Assembly: GCA_040954595.2 (NCBI GenBank) | Contig: CM082587.2 | Coordinates: 10,917,403-10,981,402, forward strand | Reading direction: 5' to 3' | Origin: Balanoglossus misakiensis | Lineage: Eukaryota; Animalia; Hemichordata | Length of the DNA stretch: 64,000 nt | Position numbers and translations under genes: made by a program | Notes under the pieces: generated by a model | Told to the model about the DNA's origin: nothing | The model's input: the letters and a program-made list of their open reading frames with translations, nothing else | Database searches by the model: none | Shown here: positions 54,001 to 64,000 of the stretch, in pieces | How the letters are laid out: each line of letters begins with the position of its first letter | How positions within the stretch are numbered: the stretch's first letter is position 1

Positions 54001-57000
54001 GTCATCTGAGGTCACCCAAAATTTGGGCAAAATTGTTTTCAGATTTTCGTCAGATTTCGAATAAGGAATAAGTCACAGACTTGAGCTTTGAATAAGGAAT
54101 AAGTCACAGACTTCAGAATCCGAATAAGGAATAAGCTTTGAATAAGGAAAAAGTCACAGACTTCAGAATCCGAATAAGGAATAAGTCACAGACTTCAGAT
54201 TTCGAATAAGGAATAAGTCACAGACTTCAGATTTCGAATAAGGAATAAGCTTTGAATAAGGAAAAAGTCACAGACTTCAGATTTCGAATAAGGAATAAGC
54301 TTTGAATAAGGAAAAAGTCACAGACTTCAGAATCCGAATAAGGAATAAGTCACAGACTTCAGATTTCGAATAAGGAATAAGTCACAGACTTCAGATTTCG
54401 AATAAGGAATAAGCTTTGAATAAGGAAAAAGTCACAGACTTCAGATTTCGAATAAGGAATAAGCTTTGAATAAGGAATAAGTCACAGACTTCAGAATCCG
54501 AATAAGGAATAAGTCACAGACTTCAGCTTTGAATAAGGAATAAGGAATAAGTAACAAACTTCACATTCGAATAAGGAATAAGGAATAAGGAATAAGTAAC
54601 AAACTTCACATTCGAATAAGGAATAAGGAATAAGGAATAAGTAACAAACTTCCATCACCTTGCTCTGCAGACATCACGTTTTTTGCAGTGCATTCATCCT
54701 GTGAACATGTCATAGTCCTGCCCGGAAAATCGTTTGCGTGGATTTTGATTTGCAAACGCGTCGCACGTCAACAGTGCGATCTTGTATCAATGAATGACCT
54801 TGACGTCATAACACGGGTTTTCCGGAACAAGCATAGACGGGATAACTCACTTCCCGCTCGAATTAGAACGCAAAGATGTGCATATGGCGTGAGTGCAGCG
54901 ACAGTCTCCAGCGAAATTGTTGCGCGATGGGATGTGATCCGACACGCAGGGAACGGACCTTGCTCTGTTGGTCATTGGGTTTACCACTTACGAATGCAAC
55001 ATCAGGACAGTAGAAAATGTCGATTGTGGGTGGTTGATCGCCCGATCATTTATTATTTTCAACGCCCGAATGTCGTCGGACATCGTCAAAAACACGATCG
55101 ACCTCCTCGAAATGCAACATGAAAGTAGAAAATGTCGATCGTGGGTGGTTGATCGCCCGATCATTCGCCCGAATGTCGTCGGACGTTGTCAAAAACACGA
55201 TGGAACTCCTCGAAATTCAAATGTAATCAAAGCCAAGGGTCCTCCCACATCTTGTGCAGTGTGCGTATTCCCGCAGATTCGAATATATTGCATTGTGCGT
55301 GAATTCCCGCAGAGTGCCATTTATTGCACTGTGCGTGTCCCGCACTTTGGCCCCTCACTCTTGTCTTTTCGACACCCTTAAATACCTGCACTGGTTAACA
55401 TTCAATGTATTGCGGCAGCAGACCAATGATTTTCTTGCACGAAGGGAGTATGGTACCAGCAATAATCAGAGATCAGGCTTCTTTGCCGTTCAACAGTTCC
55501 TACTTCAGTCGTGACGTTGCAACTGAACGTTCAGTATGGGGGTTGGCCCGCAGGTGGCCGTGGGGGTTATCAGATCGCCCGTAATGGCACGCAGCTTCAT
55601 GCAGCTGTATGGGACCAAAATAATACGCCCGATTCGGGGGTCACCTGTGACACCTGCGTAACTCAATTATGTGCATGCGTAATTGTGGGGTCAATGAAAG
55701 GGATGCTAGTGTGGTATTTGTTGCAAATGGATCAATATGAAGTCCGATTTTCCTGTCAAGTTAGGCTGCATTCACAAACACCTCAGGAGGGGGGGGGGGG
55801 GCAGGAGAATTGAGGCGGGGATTTGAAATAATTTTGGGACTGAAAGGGCGGGGACTTGAAAACTTTGACGACTAAATATTTATTTTGAGTCCACAAAAAT
55901 GCAGTTTCGCGCCCTTTATTTTACAAAATTTTCTAATTAAATGCAGCTTTGAGCTCTGTATTTTATAAAATTTTCTTACGTGCACCCCCTCCCAAACCCA
56001 CCCCCTTCAATTCTCGGTTTACAATGTCTCCCAACACAGGATACAAATACTTAAAAAATGGGAGCGCTGTTTTTCTTTTTTTACAAGATAGATACTAGGT
56101 GATGTGTTTTGCTCTGTGAAAGAAAATGGGGAGGGGGGATTTCAAAATTTTGGCAGTTCGGAAGGGGGGGATTTGAAATTTTTCGGGTTGTGTACGGGTG
56201 GCATGTGAAAATTAGCGGTAAAACAAATTGAATTCTCCCCCCCCCCCTCAAGAGGTGTTTGTGAATGCAGCCTTATGGGCGATCTTATGTGACATTTCAC
56301 CTACTTTTGCTTAGTGAGCATCCACAGCAGATGCATGCAGCTTTGGCGTGGGGGGGGGGGGCATATACGGATGGGACCATAAAGATATACCAAAGGCGGG
56401 GTCACCTGTTGCACCTGCCTAAGTCATTGATTTTGTACATTTAATTGGACACTAAGGCTGCATTCACAAACACCTCTGGAGGGGGGGGGGGGGCAGGAGA
56501 ATTCAATTTTTTTTACCGTTAATTTTCACATGCCCCCCTCAACAACCCGAAATATTTTCAAATCCCCCCCTTCCGAACTGCTAAAATTTTGAAATCCCCC
56601 CCCAATTTTCTTTCACACAGCAAAACACATCACCTATCTATCTTGTAAAAAAGAAAAACAGCGCTCTCATGAAAAGAATTTGAAACTGATGTTTCCCCTT
56701 ATCAGTGGGTATTAAAACTGAACATAATTGTTTCTATTTTTTTTAACTTAGTATTCTGTGTTGGGAGACATTGTAAATCGAGAAGTGAAGGGGGTGGGTT
56801 TGGGAGGGGGTGTCCCCCTCCCACGTACGAAAATTTTATAAAATACAGAGTTCACAACTGCATTTTAATGAACCCGGCAAAAGCAAATTAACTCAACTAC
56901 CGGTATGTTGGGGAGGACAAATTTAACCGTCGCTGCTCAAAGTTATCATGGGGTGGGGGCAAGTCCCCTGACCTGGGACACTAGATAAAACAGTCAATGA

Positions 57001-60000
57001 TTTAAAGGTGCTGATGAATGACGGGGGTGGGTGTGGGAGGGGGTGTTCCCCTCCCACATTAGAAAATGTTGTATTATGAAGGGTTCAAAACTGCATTTTT
57101 GTGGACTCAAAATAAATATTTAGTCCTCAAAGTTTTCAAGCCCCCCCCCCTTTACAGTCCCAAAATTATTTCAAATCCCCCCCTTACATACCCTAAATTT
57201 TTTCAAATCCCCCCCCTCAATTCTCCTGCCCCCCCCCCCTCCAGAGGTGTTTGTGAATGCAGCCTAACCAACAGGGCAATAGGTGTGGTTTTTGTTCCAC
57301 AGGGACGAATGTAAGTGTCAGTTTGTTTTTGCCCAAATGTATAAGTTGATTTGGATGACCTCTGTCGTACAGTGCCATATCTCAGCCCGTTGTACAAGTG
57401 CAGCTTTGGTATTCCGAGCGAAACTATCATGAAATGCCAAATACAGGCGGATACCTGCGACACCTGCTTGATTCATGTATTACGTGCATACCTAATGGTA
57501 GGCTAAGTGAAAGGGCTGCAAATGTAGGATTTCTTGCACATGACATAAACAGGAATGAACATTTTTGTCAAATTTTTGGGTGACATCAGGTGTCCATTGA
57601 CCTGCTTTCCATATGTTAGCATGCACATCATGTATAGCCAGGTGTTTGGAGGGGTAGGGTAGGACCCTCTGCGTCATGAAATGCTAAATTTTAGGGGCTA
57701 CCTGTAACTTACTTGCGTAACTCATTATTATGGCCATATCTAATTTGACAAACCCAAACAGCGAGGATTTTCCGTTGTCTTGAATATGAACCAAATAAGA
57801 ATCCTAATTTTTGGCCCAATTTTTGGATACCCTCAGCTGACCTTTGAAGTAACTGAAGTACTTACAACGTAGAAGTTCACCTTTGGTTGTTGTGTTTGTA
57901 CTTGTAAGACATCCATTTCGGGTGGTTGCCTACTTCCCCATATCTCCACATCCAGAGCAAATACAGCCTACGCATTTGAATGGTACAACCCTGAATGGAG
58001 TCTAATGGTTATTAACTCTATGCTTGGGCCCCTTCAACGCTGCTTGCAGCTTTAATTTGGACAGGCATTGCATGCTGTTTGTCCTTCAAGGGGTTGATAA
58101 TATCCAATTGCACAAGGATGGCACTGACTCAGCTCAGTGTCATGGTACGACCCTTCAGGACACAATACTGTGGAAATACAAAATGTTGAAGGCAGATGTA
58201 TACATTGTTCATGTACTGATCATTATGCATTAATGGTTTAAAACACAACTACAATTGTAACACACAGCATTCATTTTGGCCAGTTTTTCACTCTTGTGTC
58301 TACAAGTGGGATGGCAGTTGTGTGTGGTTGAATGTTGATTCACTATATATCCACATGTAGAATAACATTAACTGTGTCTTCTATCAAACATAATTAATGG
58401 AAAAAGGGCAGCGAGAAAGAGACTTTGTCCCTCCTTGGTATGAGCATATCAAATCAATTATTTCCTTATATCACCTCTTGGTTGGGTTTTATTTACCACT
58501 CACACTTGTCTTTGATTTGTACACTGCGACTCACAACCACACTCGCAGCAATACGGCCCACCTAACAGGTCATATCAGGCGATATAAACATATTAACATC
58601 TACACCTTTTTATAATATTAATTTTGGACACAGTTTTAATCCTTTCACCACCATGGTTCAGTCCAAACCAATTGTTTTCTATGGTAAGGTTTGACCTCTA
58701 TAGAGGAAACTGGGAGTGAAAGGGTTAAAGTACATAACAACTGAGGAGTATAGGCACTCACCACATTCTTCTCCAACAAGAACACTACCATTGGAACAGA
58801 ATATTGTACTTTCAACTTGTAATGTCTCAGCGTCGACCGAATATTCAGCTGTATCAAAAGTACCATTCTTGACTGCATCTTCAATAACTACAGCTGCAGC
58901 ATCAGCAGAGCTAATGGATAAAACAACAGGCAAAAAATTCTTACATATGCCACATTACAATACCAACCAGAAGTGTGTACTGTAAACTGGGTTGTTTTCA
59001 CGACAGGAAATTTTCGCGATATTAAAAGAGGCGACTGTTACGTGAGGACGAATTTTCGAGTTCTCGTATTTCACTAACTGCATCATTATCTCCAAAAACA
59101 TTTTACACAACTTTTTATTTTAACGTTTTTTTGACCAGCGCATGTTTTGCAGAAATTTACTGCTCGCGAAAATAACACGTTTTGCAGTATATTTCGAATG
59201 CACGAATCTTTAGAATACAGGATGCCGCAACATGAAGGAAGGTGGGCAGAAATGATGGGGTTGCCAAAAACTGAAAATGTTTGAGTGTTAAGACACAAAA
59301 TAATTTGTTTTCACTTGCATGAATGGAATATTTTGCAATAATGCAAACACCAGCTGTATAGGGAATACAGAGCTGGTCCTCACACAGCCTGGGATCAGTA
59401 CCCTAGACATGTCACCAAAGTCATTTCAATAGAACAGAAGGGGAATAAAATACTCGAAAAATTACAATTACTACTCACGCATTGGTTGTGAAACTGAACT
59501 GAACCACAAGCTGAGTATCAGCCTGTCTCTTTCTTCGGTTTGAGGCATTGCAGGTTATTTCAAGGTCATCAAAGTTGCATTCACCGCCACAAATACCAAA
59601 CAAATCATTCAGATAGTTGATAGTGTTCATAAAACTGATCCTCAATTGCTGGATGACACCATTGTTACATGTACCAGCCTGTGAATTGTATGACACGCCA
59701 CAATTCACTCCACGTTGAGTCTTCCCAGGAGCTGCAGTAGAACAATACAAACAAACAAATTTTGTTAAAGATGCAATTTTCAATCTAGCGAACGATGTAT
59801 TGACTTAGACTGCGAAACCGATTAGCCAATCAGGAAAGTTACAGCTGCTTACCCAGAACAAAATATTAAGAAAATAGCTCAAATGTACTGGAGCTTTATA
59901 TTGGGGTAAGCAGATATGATGTTAACAAATTATCTACCTGTAATCACAACCTTGACATACTGTAAAGCAAGAATTTGCATTACTCATATTTCTCTTTTCA

Positions 60001-61425
60001 TTTATAACTAAAAGAAAATTGTCTCAATGCTGGAATACCCCCTCTCACAACTCTCTCTCTTTGGAGCATTTTCTGAATGTGCATGTGCAACCTGATTATA
60101 TTTCTTTACTGATACCAAATCATTTTTTTCTCACCTGAACATCCAGGGAAGGTGAATTCCTCGTCTGGATTCTCAGGATTAAAATATCCTTCACTATGGC
60201 AGAGATAGTAAGGTGCTGGCAGGCTTGCAAACTTGTATCCTGGTAAACAATCCACCTGACAGAACACACCCGACTCAAACTCATTACAGATGGAAATACC
60301 TTTAACTGGTGGTGCTGGCTTTTCACAATCAAATGCTGTAAAAGAAAGGAGAACACAGTTTATTTGTCTATATATTTTTAATTTTATTTCATCTATCATC
60401 CAACAGGCAAATACTACCCAAATGTCTGTGTCTCATATATCATCCAACAGGCAAATACTACCCAAATGCCCAGGTCTAGGTAACGAACCCACAACCCTAG
60501 CCACTAGGGCACAATGCCTCTTTTACCAGGTTCACACAGGGTAAAATTTGAGACACTATTTGCCAGTGCTAACCACAGAGCATTAATCCTTTGAGTCATG
60601 TTGTGTCCACACACACAAAGTTTATGTATGGGCGCTGAGGCTCGGCCCCATAGACAATGGGTTGCGGAGAGGTGTTAATCCTTACACCGGCTCAGGTCTG
60701 GCTGGCAGAGCCGTCTCAAATCTGAGACGTTTCAGGACCACTTACACCGTCCACACATGTTTTTTAAGACAGTATCAATTCTGAGATGCTTCAGAACTGT
60801 CTTAATGGTGTATGTGTGACAACCATATTTATTACACAGTCAAATCTTTTAAACAGAACACCAACACATTAACATGTTTCTATGTAAAAGGGACTAGGAA
60901 AAACTGTTGGTTGAAGAGAGGTTTCCCGATTAGACAGGGTTTGTTTTAGACGGGTTTGAGTGTCCTTGTATGTTCTGAATGATGTTGTTATAATTTTTGA
61001 TAGTTACATAGGGACAAAAGTGATAATGATGCAATCATATTACTGTAAAACGGCAAATTTTCCCAAACTTCGGCAAAAAAGAAGAAGAAAATAAAGTCGC
61101 ATAAAATGTTTTTCAGAGATAACAGAGTAGTTAGTAAAATACTAGAATGCGGAAATTTAATTCTCGTGTCACAGTTGCCTCTTTTGATATATTGCAAAAT
61201 ATTTTCTGTCACGAAAATGTCCCGTTTTACAGTATGTGACAAGACATAACAAGGGGTAGAGATAACAATTTGTCAAGATATTAATTAATTTGTAAAGTTT
61301 ATGTATGAATGATAAAAAAATTCACTCACGCAGTACATAGAGTAAAAAGTTGCACTGTGCATTGTTGCCAGCTGTATCTGAAGCAACATAGCTGATCTGG
61401 TAGGTTCCCCAGGAAAAGGTGTCAC
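30029..61425 (-). CDS. 3' part of a large type-I membrane protein gene (HYR, sushi/CCP, 4x GCC2_GCC3/ephrin-receptor-like, EGF-Ca, EGF, TM, NPxY tail); SVEP1/uninflatable-like; this allele disrupted
   Basis: Phase-consistent GT-AG exons: 61425-61330 (HYR, ASDTAGNNAQCNF), 60335-60135 (sushi), 59731-59479 (RRKRQ), 58910-58762, split exon 58167-58058 + 33325-33274, 33013-32852, 32607-32440, 32302-32141, 31572-31450 (EGF-Ca), 31138-31010 (EGF), 30742-30646 (TM), 30293-30029 (YNPMY, stop). 5' exons lie outside the window. Confidence 0.88.
31653..31835. mobile_element. Kolobok-like MITE
   Basis: TTAA|AGGTATACGGTCACCT ... AGGTGACTGTATACCT|TTAA. Confidence 0.75.
34199..39549 (+). pseudogene. KDZ/HMGXB3-like transposase, 7 exons, ~849 aa, single +1 frameshift near 37552
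   Basis: Exons 34199-34308, 35395-36296, 36519-36684, 37161-37998, 38228-38488, 38842-38907, 39342-39549 (all GT-AG, phases match); basic NLS-like N-terminus, Cys/His clusters, motifs LICDGT, PGIFTVFCQHGFCYGF, ESP, IYDNACRLHQYCLNREP, VDRLHWKNHIGCS, INTQICEQSN, SYM. Confidence 0.88.
41510..45467 (-). CDS. NRF1/EWG/P3A2-like DNA-binding-domain protein, 4 exons, 513 aa predicted (transposon cargo)
   Basis: Exons 45467-44936, 44632-44432, 43274-43173, 42216-41510 (all phase-1 GT-AG introns, open frame); LVKCTTNRAQPLWDRPDMKPVWWPAETPY...SWVTRMKDVAKSCYQYYG resembles NRF1 MLKYSTGRGKPGWGKESCKPIWWPEDIPW...SWTQALRTIVKNCYKQHG; C-terminal (QIQQPESPPAA)n and KKKRR. Confidence 0.8.
42528..42840. mobile_element. 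Short hairpin-ended element (non-autonomous Crypton-like)
   Basis: ~143-bp near-perfect palindrome 42691-42833 with loop TCGCTATCGCTC; upstream GATTGG..CACGTG motif; AT-rich ends without TIRs. Confidence 0.55.
43431..43712. repeat. 115-bp minisatellite, ~2.4 copies
   Basis: AAAGTTGTTG at 43431, 43546, 43661; contains palindrome GATAGTATCGATACTATC. Confidence 0.85.
45640..45925 (+). pseudogene. BEL/Pao retrotransposon integrase C-terminal remnant
   Basis: Manual translation RKVLGRRFVSVDELQTVLNEIEATLNDRP...PLTP...RPITTLPY...RPIIKLY with frameshifts/deletions. Confidence 0.75.
49275..50266. mobile_element. Non-autonomous TIR element, Academ-like
   Basis: CAGGCAGGGCAAAGGGGGGGTAATTA ... TAATTACCCCCCCTTTGCCTTGCCTA; TTTG on both flanks (4-bp TSD). 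Confidence 0.65.
50781..54660. mobile_element. Foldback (Mutator-like) element with satellite-built inverted arms
   Basis: Left arm ~50789-53299 of (TTATTCC)n / GAAATCTGAAGTCTGTGAC modules; right arm ~54049-54652 is the reverse complement; TGCTCTGCA(G) duplicated at 50772 and 54661 (9-10-bp TSD). Confidence 0.82.
53300..53486 (+). repeat. 5' fragment of the same LTR family
   Basis: TGTCACGACTGAG...CCTTTTATGACTTAA, with internal deletions; truncated by a TAA|GGGACCGTTCA MITE-like end. Confidence 0.85.
55764..56272. mobile_element. PIF/Harbinger-type MITE
   Basis: TTA|GGCTGCATTCACAAACACCT ... AGGTGTTTGTGAATGCAGCC|TTA. Confidence 0.85.
56456..57264. mobile_element. PIF/Harbinger-type MITE, same family, opposite orientation
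   Basis: TAA|GGCTGCATTCACAAACACCTCT ... AGAGGTGTTTGTGAATGCAGCC|TAA; interior is the reverse complement of 55764-56272 plus extra segments. Confidence 0.85.
58978..59189. mobile_element. Short TA-flanked MITE
   Basis: TACTGTAAA ... TTTGCAGTA termini. Confidence 0.55.
61041..61234. mobile_element. Short TA-flanked MITE
   Basis: TACTGTAAAACGG ... CCGTTTTACAGTA termini. Confidence 0.65.
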
Positions 61426-61867
61426 CTGTAAGAACAAAATTATGCACATCATTACAGGCATGGGTGCTAAAGCCAAAATAGCTTCCGTTTCTTGAATGTT
61501 TTTCATGATTTTCTTTTCAAACTTAGAATGGTCCATTTAAGTGAGCTATCTGGTGGGTATACACAGGCATATTATCAACTCCTGATTGTGACTGTACATA
61601 TAAACATGAACAAGATATGTATACTAAACAGATATGGTGCCGCACACGTTTATTCAACTGCCCATTGTAAGAGAACACAACATTTGTGGTATGGGTATCC
61701 CCAGTAGTAGTGGAGAATATTAAGTACTTTACTGATTAAAGGCCTTGCTCAACAGTTGGTCAAATCTTTTGTTTCCAATAAACAATTACGTGCAAACACA
61801 AATGCTTTCGAGTTTTAACTTCATTGTACTGCCCTGGGATCGAGGAAAGGGCCTATAAACATATGGT

Positions 61868-64000
61868 AATAATAATAATAATTTTTTATTCCACTTGCAC
61901 TACAGGCCTCTAGCCCAATGTACTGGAATATTTTAAATACATTTCAGGAAAAAAAAATTAAATGTTACAGAACACAGTGACCTTGAGAGTGTTAAGATTT
62001 GCAGGGGGTTTCTTTTACAGTGAAAACAAGAACCAGCACTTTCCCGGAAGTCAGTTCGCCAACTCCTTCCTTTTGTTAAAGGCATAAAATAAGTAAAGGC
62101 TTAACTTTCTTATGATATTCGGATTTTGTGTTGACATAATTTGCATAAATTTATCAATAGATGGGTTGGTAAGAAATTGAGCAGGTAAGTATTTTACCCT
62201 GATGGTATCGTATAACTTACATTGTAATAAAAAGTGGTATTCATTTTCTATGTACCCATCGTTACAAATACACAACCTGTCTTCACGTGGGGTGTTATTT
62301 CGTCTACCTTGTTCAATATGAAGTGGATGGTTAGATAACCGAAAAGAAGTTAAGGTAGCTCTAAAAATAGGCTTCAGGGTGGTGAGGAGGTATGGTTCTA
62401 TCAATAGAGTAGATTTAAAAAGTCTATATGATTGCAGCCTGTTGTAAGTACCAATTTCCACGTTCCAGTCTTGCAGTTCTATGTCTGTACAACGCTGTCT
62501 AAATTCCGAAAGGAATTTTGTCTCGTTACCCACTCCCTGATTGTACCATGCCTCCGCAAACCCATATGAAAACAGGATAGATCTCACAGCTTTTGCCCAA
62601 CATTCACAATTTCTTTCAGCCAGTTTACATTGCTCTTGGTACGCATGAAAAATATATCTCTTAGTATCAGCGTTTGTTAAACGTAACCAGAACTTTATCA
62701 TTTTTGGAAGTCTTAGCGTTCTCATGCTAAATCTTCCCAACTCCCCTCTTACTGCAATATTGACAACTGGACCATGTTGGTGTAAGAGAAACTTACAAAA
62801 CTTTAAATGAATTCTTTCAATATCAGGCGCTTGTATGTACCCCCACGCCTCTGAGCAGTAATTCAAAATGGGTGCTATTTTTATATCAAAAATCTTTAAA
62901 CATGTTTTGATTGGAACATCTCCCAAAGCTTTGAGTCGGGAGGTAACAGAATATAAAGCTTTAGCAGCTTGATCCGCTAACACTTTTTGTGCCTTAGACC
63001 ATATACCACTGCATGAAAAAACAATACCCAAATACTTGAAATAAGTAACCACTTTGACAGGCTGGCCCCGGAAAAACCATTTTTCATTGTTACGTAAGCG
63101 TCCACCCCTTCTAAAAACAACAATATTTGTTTTTTCAAGATTCACAGTGAGCTTATATTTTACACAATAACAGTCTAGCTCGTTAAGTAATCTCTGCAAT
63201 TTGATTTTTGTTTCAGCAATCAAAACCATGTCATCTGCAAATAAGAGATAGAAAATTTGAACCAAGCCCACAGAACAACCACTCACCCAAGTATTCTCAG
63301 TAAATTCTTTATGTAAATCGTTTAGAAAAAAGGAGAAAAGAAATGGGGAGAGTATGCAACCCTGTCTGACCCCGTGTGGACAATTGAAAAACTCTGTAAG
63401 CCCCTCCATACCGAGAACACAAGTTTTCACGTCAGAGTAAATGGCATGCAACATTTTAAACATTTTGCCCTTAAGTCCCGCTTCCCGTAACTTTAGGAAA
63501 AGAGCTGTTCTGTGCACCCGGTCAAATGCCTTCTCGAAGTCTACAAAGGCGCAATACAATCTACCTTGTCTCCGACTTAAATATTTTTGGACAAGTGTTC
63601 GTAAAATGAAAATATTGTCTGCAGTAGTATATCCTTTACGGAAACCTGCTTGTTCTTCTCTGAACTCTACACAATTGTCTTGCCAAAGTTGCAACCTGTT
63701 GTACAAAATTCTTGTAAAAATTTTACTTATCACAGGTAAGAGTGTAATCCCTCTGTAATTGTTTGGGCTCTGTTTGTCACCCTTCTTGAAAATTGGTACG
63801 ATGATACCTTCAGCCCAAATCAAGGGAAAATTACTCGAATTGAAAACAGCATTAAAAAGCTCACGTAACATGGGAATTAGTACAGACCTACATGACTTGA
63901 AAAACAATGGTGGGATTCCGTCTATTCCAGGTGATTTGTCATTTTTTAAGCAATTGATACTACCAACAATTTCGTCGTCAGTGATCGGCTGGTCTAAAAT
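61868..64000 (-). mobile_element. RTEX-like non-LTR retrotransposon (3' part); RT frame open from window end to 62051
   Basis: PNNYRGITLL, QAGFR, FVDFEKAFD, GVRQGCILSP, LFADD, C-terminal RLSNHPLHIEQGR and CxC..ENEYHFLLQC zinc knuckle; (ATT)n tail ~61868-61883; intronic in the host gene. Confidence 0.9.

Larger units (their letters stand above)
33976..55388 (+). mobile_element. 21.4-kb KDZ (Zisupton-related) DNA transposon with 120-bp TIRs and 7-bp TSD
   Basis: TIRs 33976-34095 and 55269-55388 (2 mismatches seen); CACTGGT on both flanks (33969-33975, 55389-55395); transposase starts ~100 bp inside the left TIR. Confidence 0.88.
33326..58054 (+). mobile_element. Helentron-associated non-autonomous element (HINE-like), expanded by nested insertions; own sequence ~33326-33975 and ~55389-58054
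   Basis: 5' hairpin AGGGGACCAAGCG-n8-CGCTTGGTCCCCT followed by a CTT-rich tract; 3' subterminal IR TGCTTGGGCCCCT plus short hairpin GCTGC-TT-GCAGC and T-rich end; degenerate internal repeats (GGGTCACCTGTGACACCTGC-like); removing it restores the host exon. Confidence 0.72.

Noticed and set aside
33983-55381. Kolobok/piggyBac reading of the large element (TTAA|GGG...CCC|TTAA)
   Set aside because: Inverted symmetry continues past TTAA (AGGTAT/ATACCT), a 7-bp direct repeat CACTGGT lies just outside, and the transposase is KDZ-type.
60465-60535. tRNA gene on the minus strand
   Set aside because: Only a B-box-like GGTTCGTTACC and no convincing cloverleaf; at most a decayed tRNA-derived SINE head.

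Overview
AT-rich animal (probably marine invertebrate) genomic DNA dominated by nested mobile elements. 1-7091 is a near-homogeneous 86-bp satellite. 7240-29450 holds a non-autonomous LTR element, degenerate L2/Crack-group LINEs and a tandem segmental duplication (7962-19726 / 19727-29450). Its first copy carries a Crypton tyrosine-recombinase transposon and its second copy shows the empty site. 30029-61425 is the 3' part of a minus-strand spliced host gene (HYR, sushi, GCC/ephrin-receptor-like, EGF, TM, NPxY tail; SVEP1/uninflatable-like). One 162-bp exon of it is split by a 24.7-kb nest. The outer layer is a Helentron-type non-autonomous element. Inside it sits a 21.4-kb DNA transposon with 120-bp TIRs and a 7-bp TSD. 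That element encodes a 7-exon KDZ (Kyakuja-Dileera-Zisupton/HMGXB3-like) transposase and a convergent, apparently intact 4-exon gene with an NRF1/EWG/P3A2-type DNA-binding domain, which is the most notable finding. The window ends in an RTEX-like LINE with a long open RT frame. All family calls come from motif recognition and manual splicing, not database searches.
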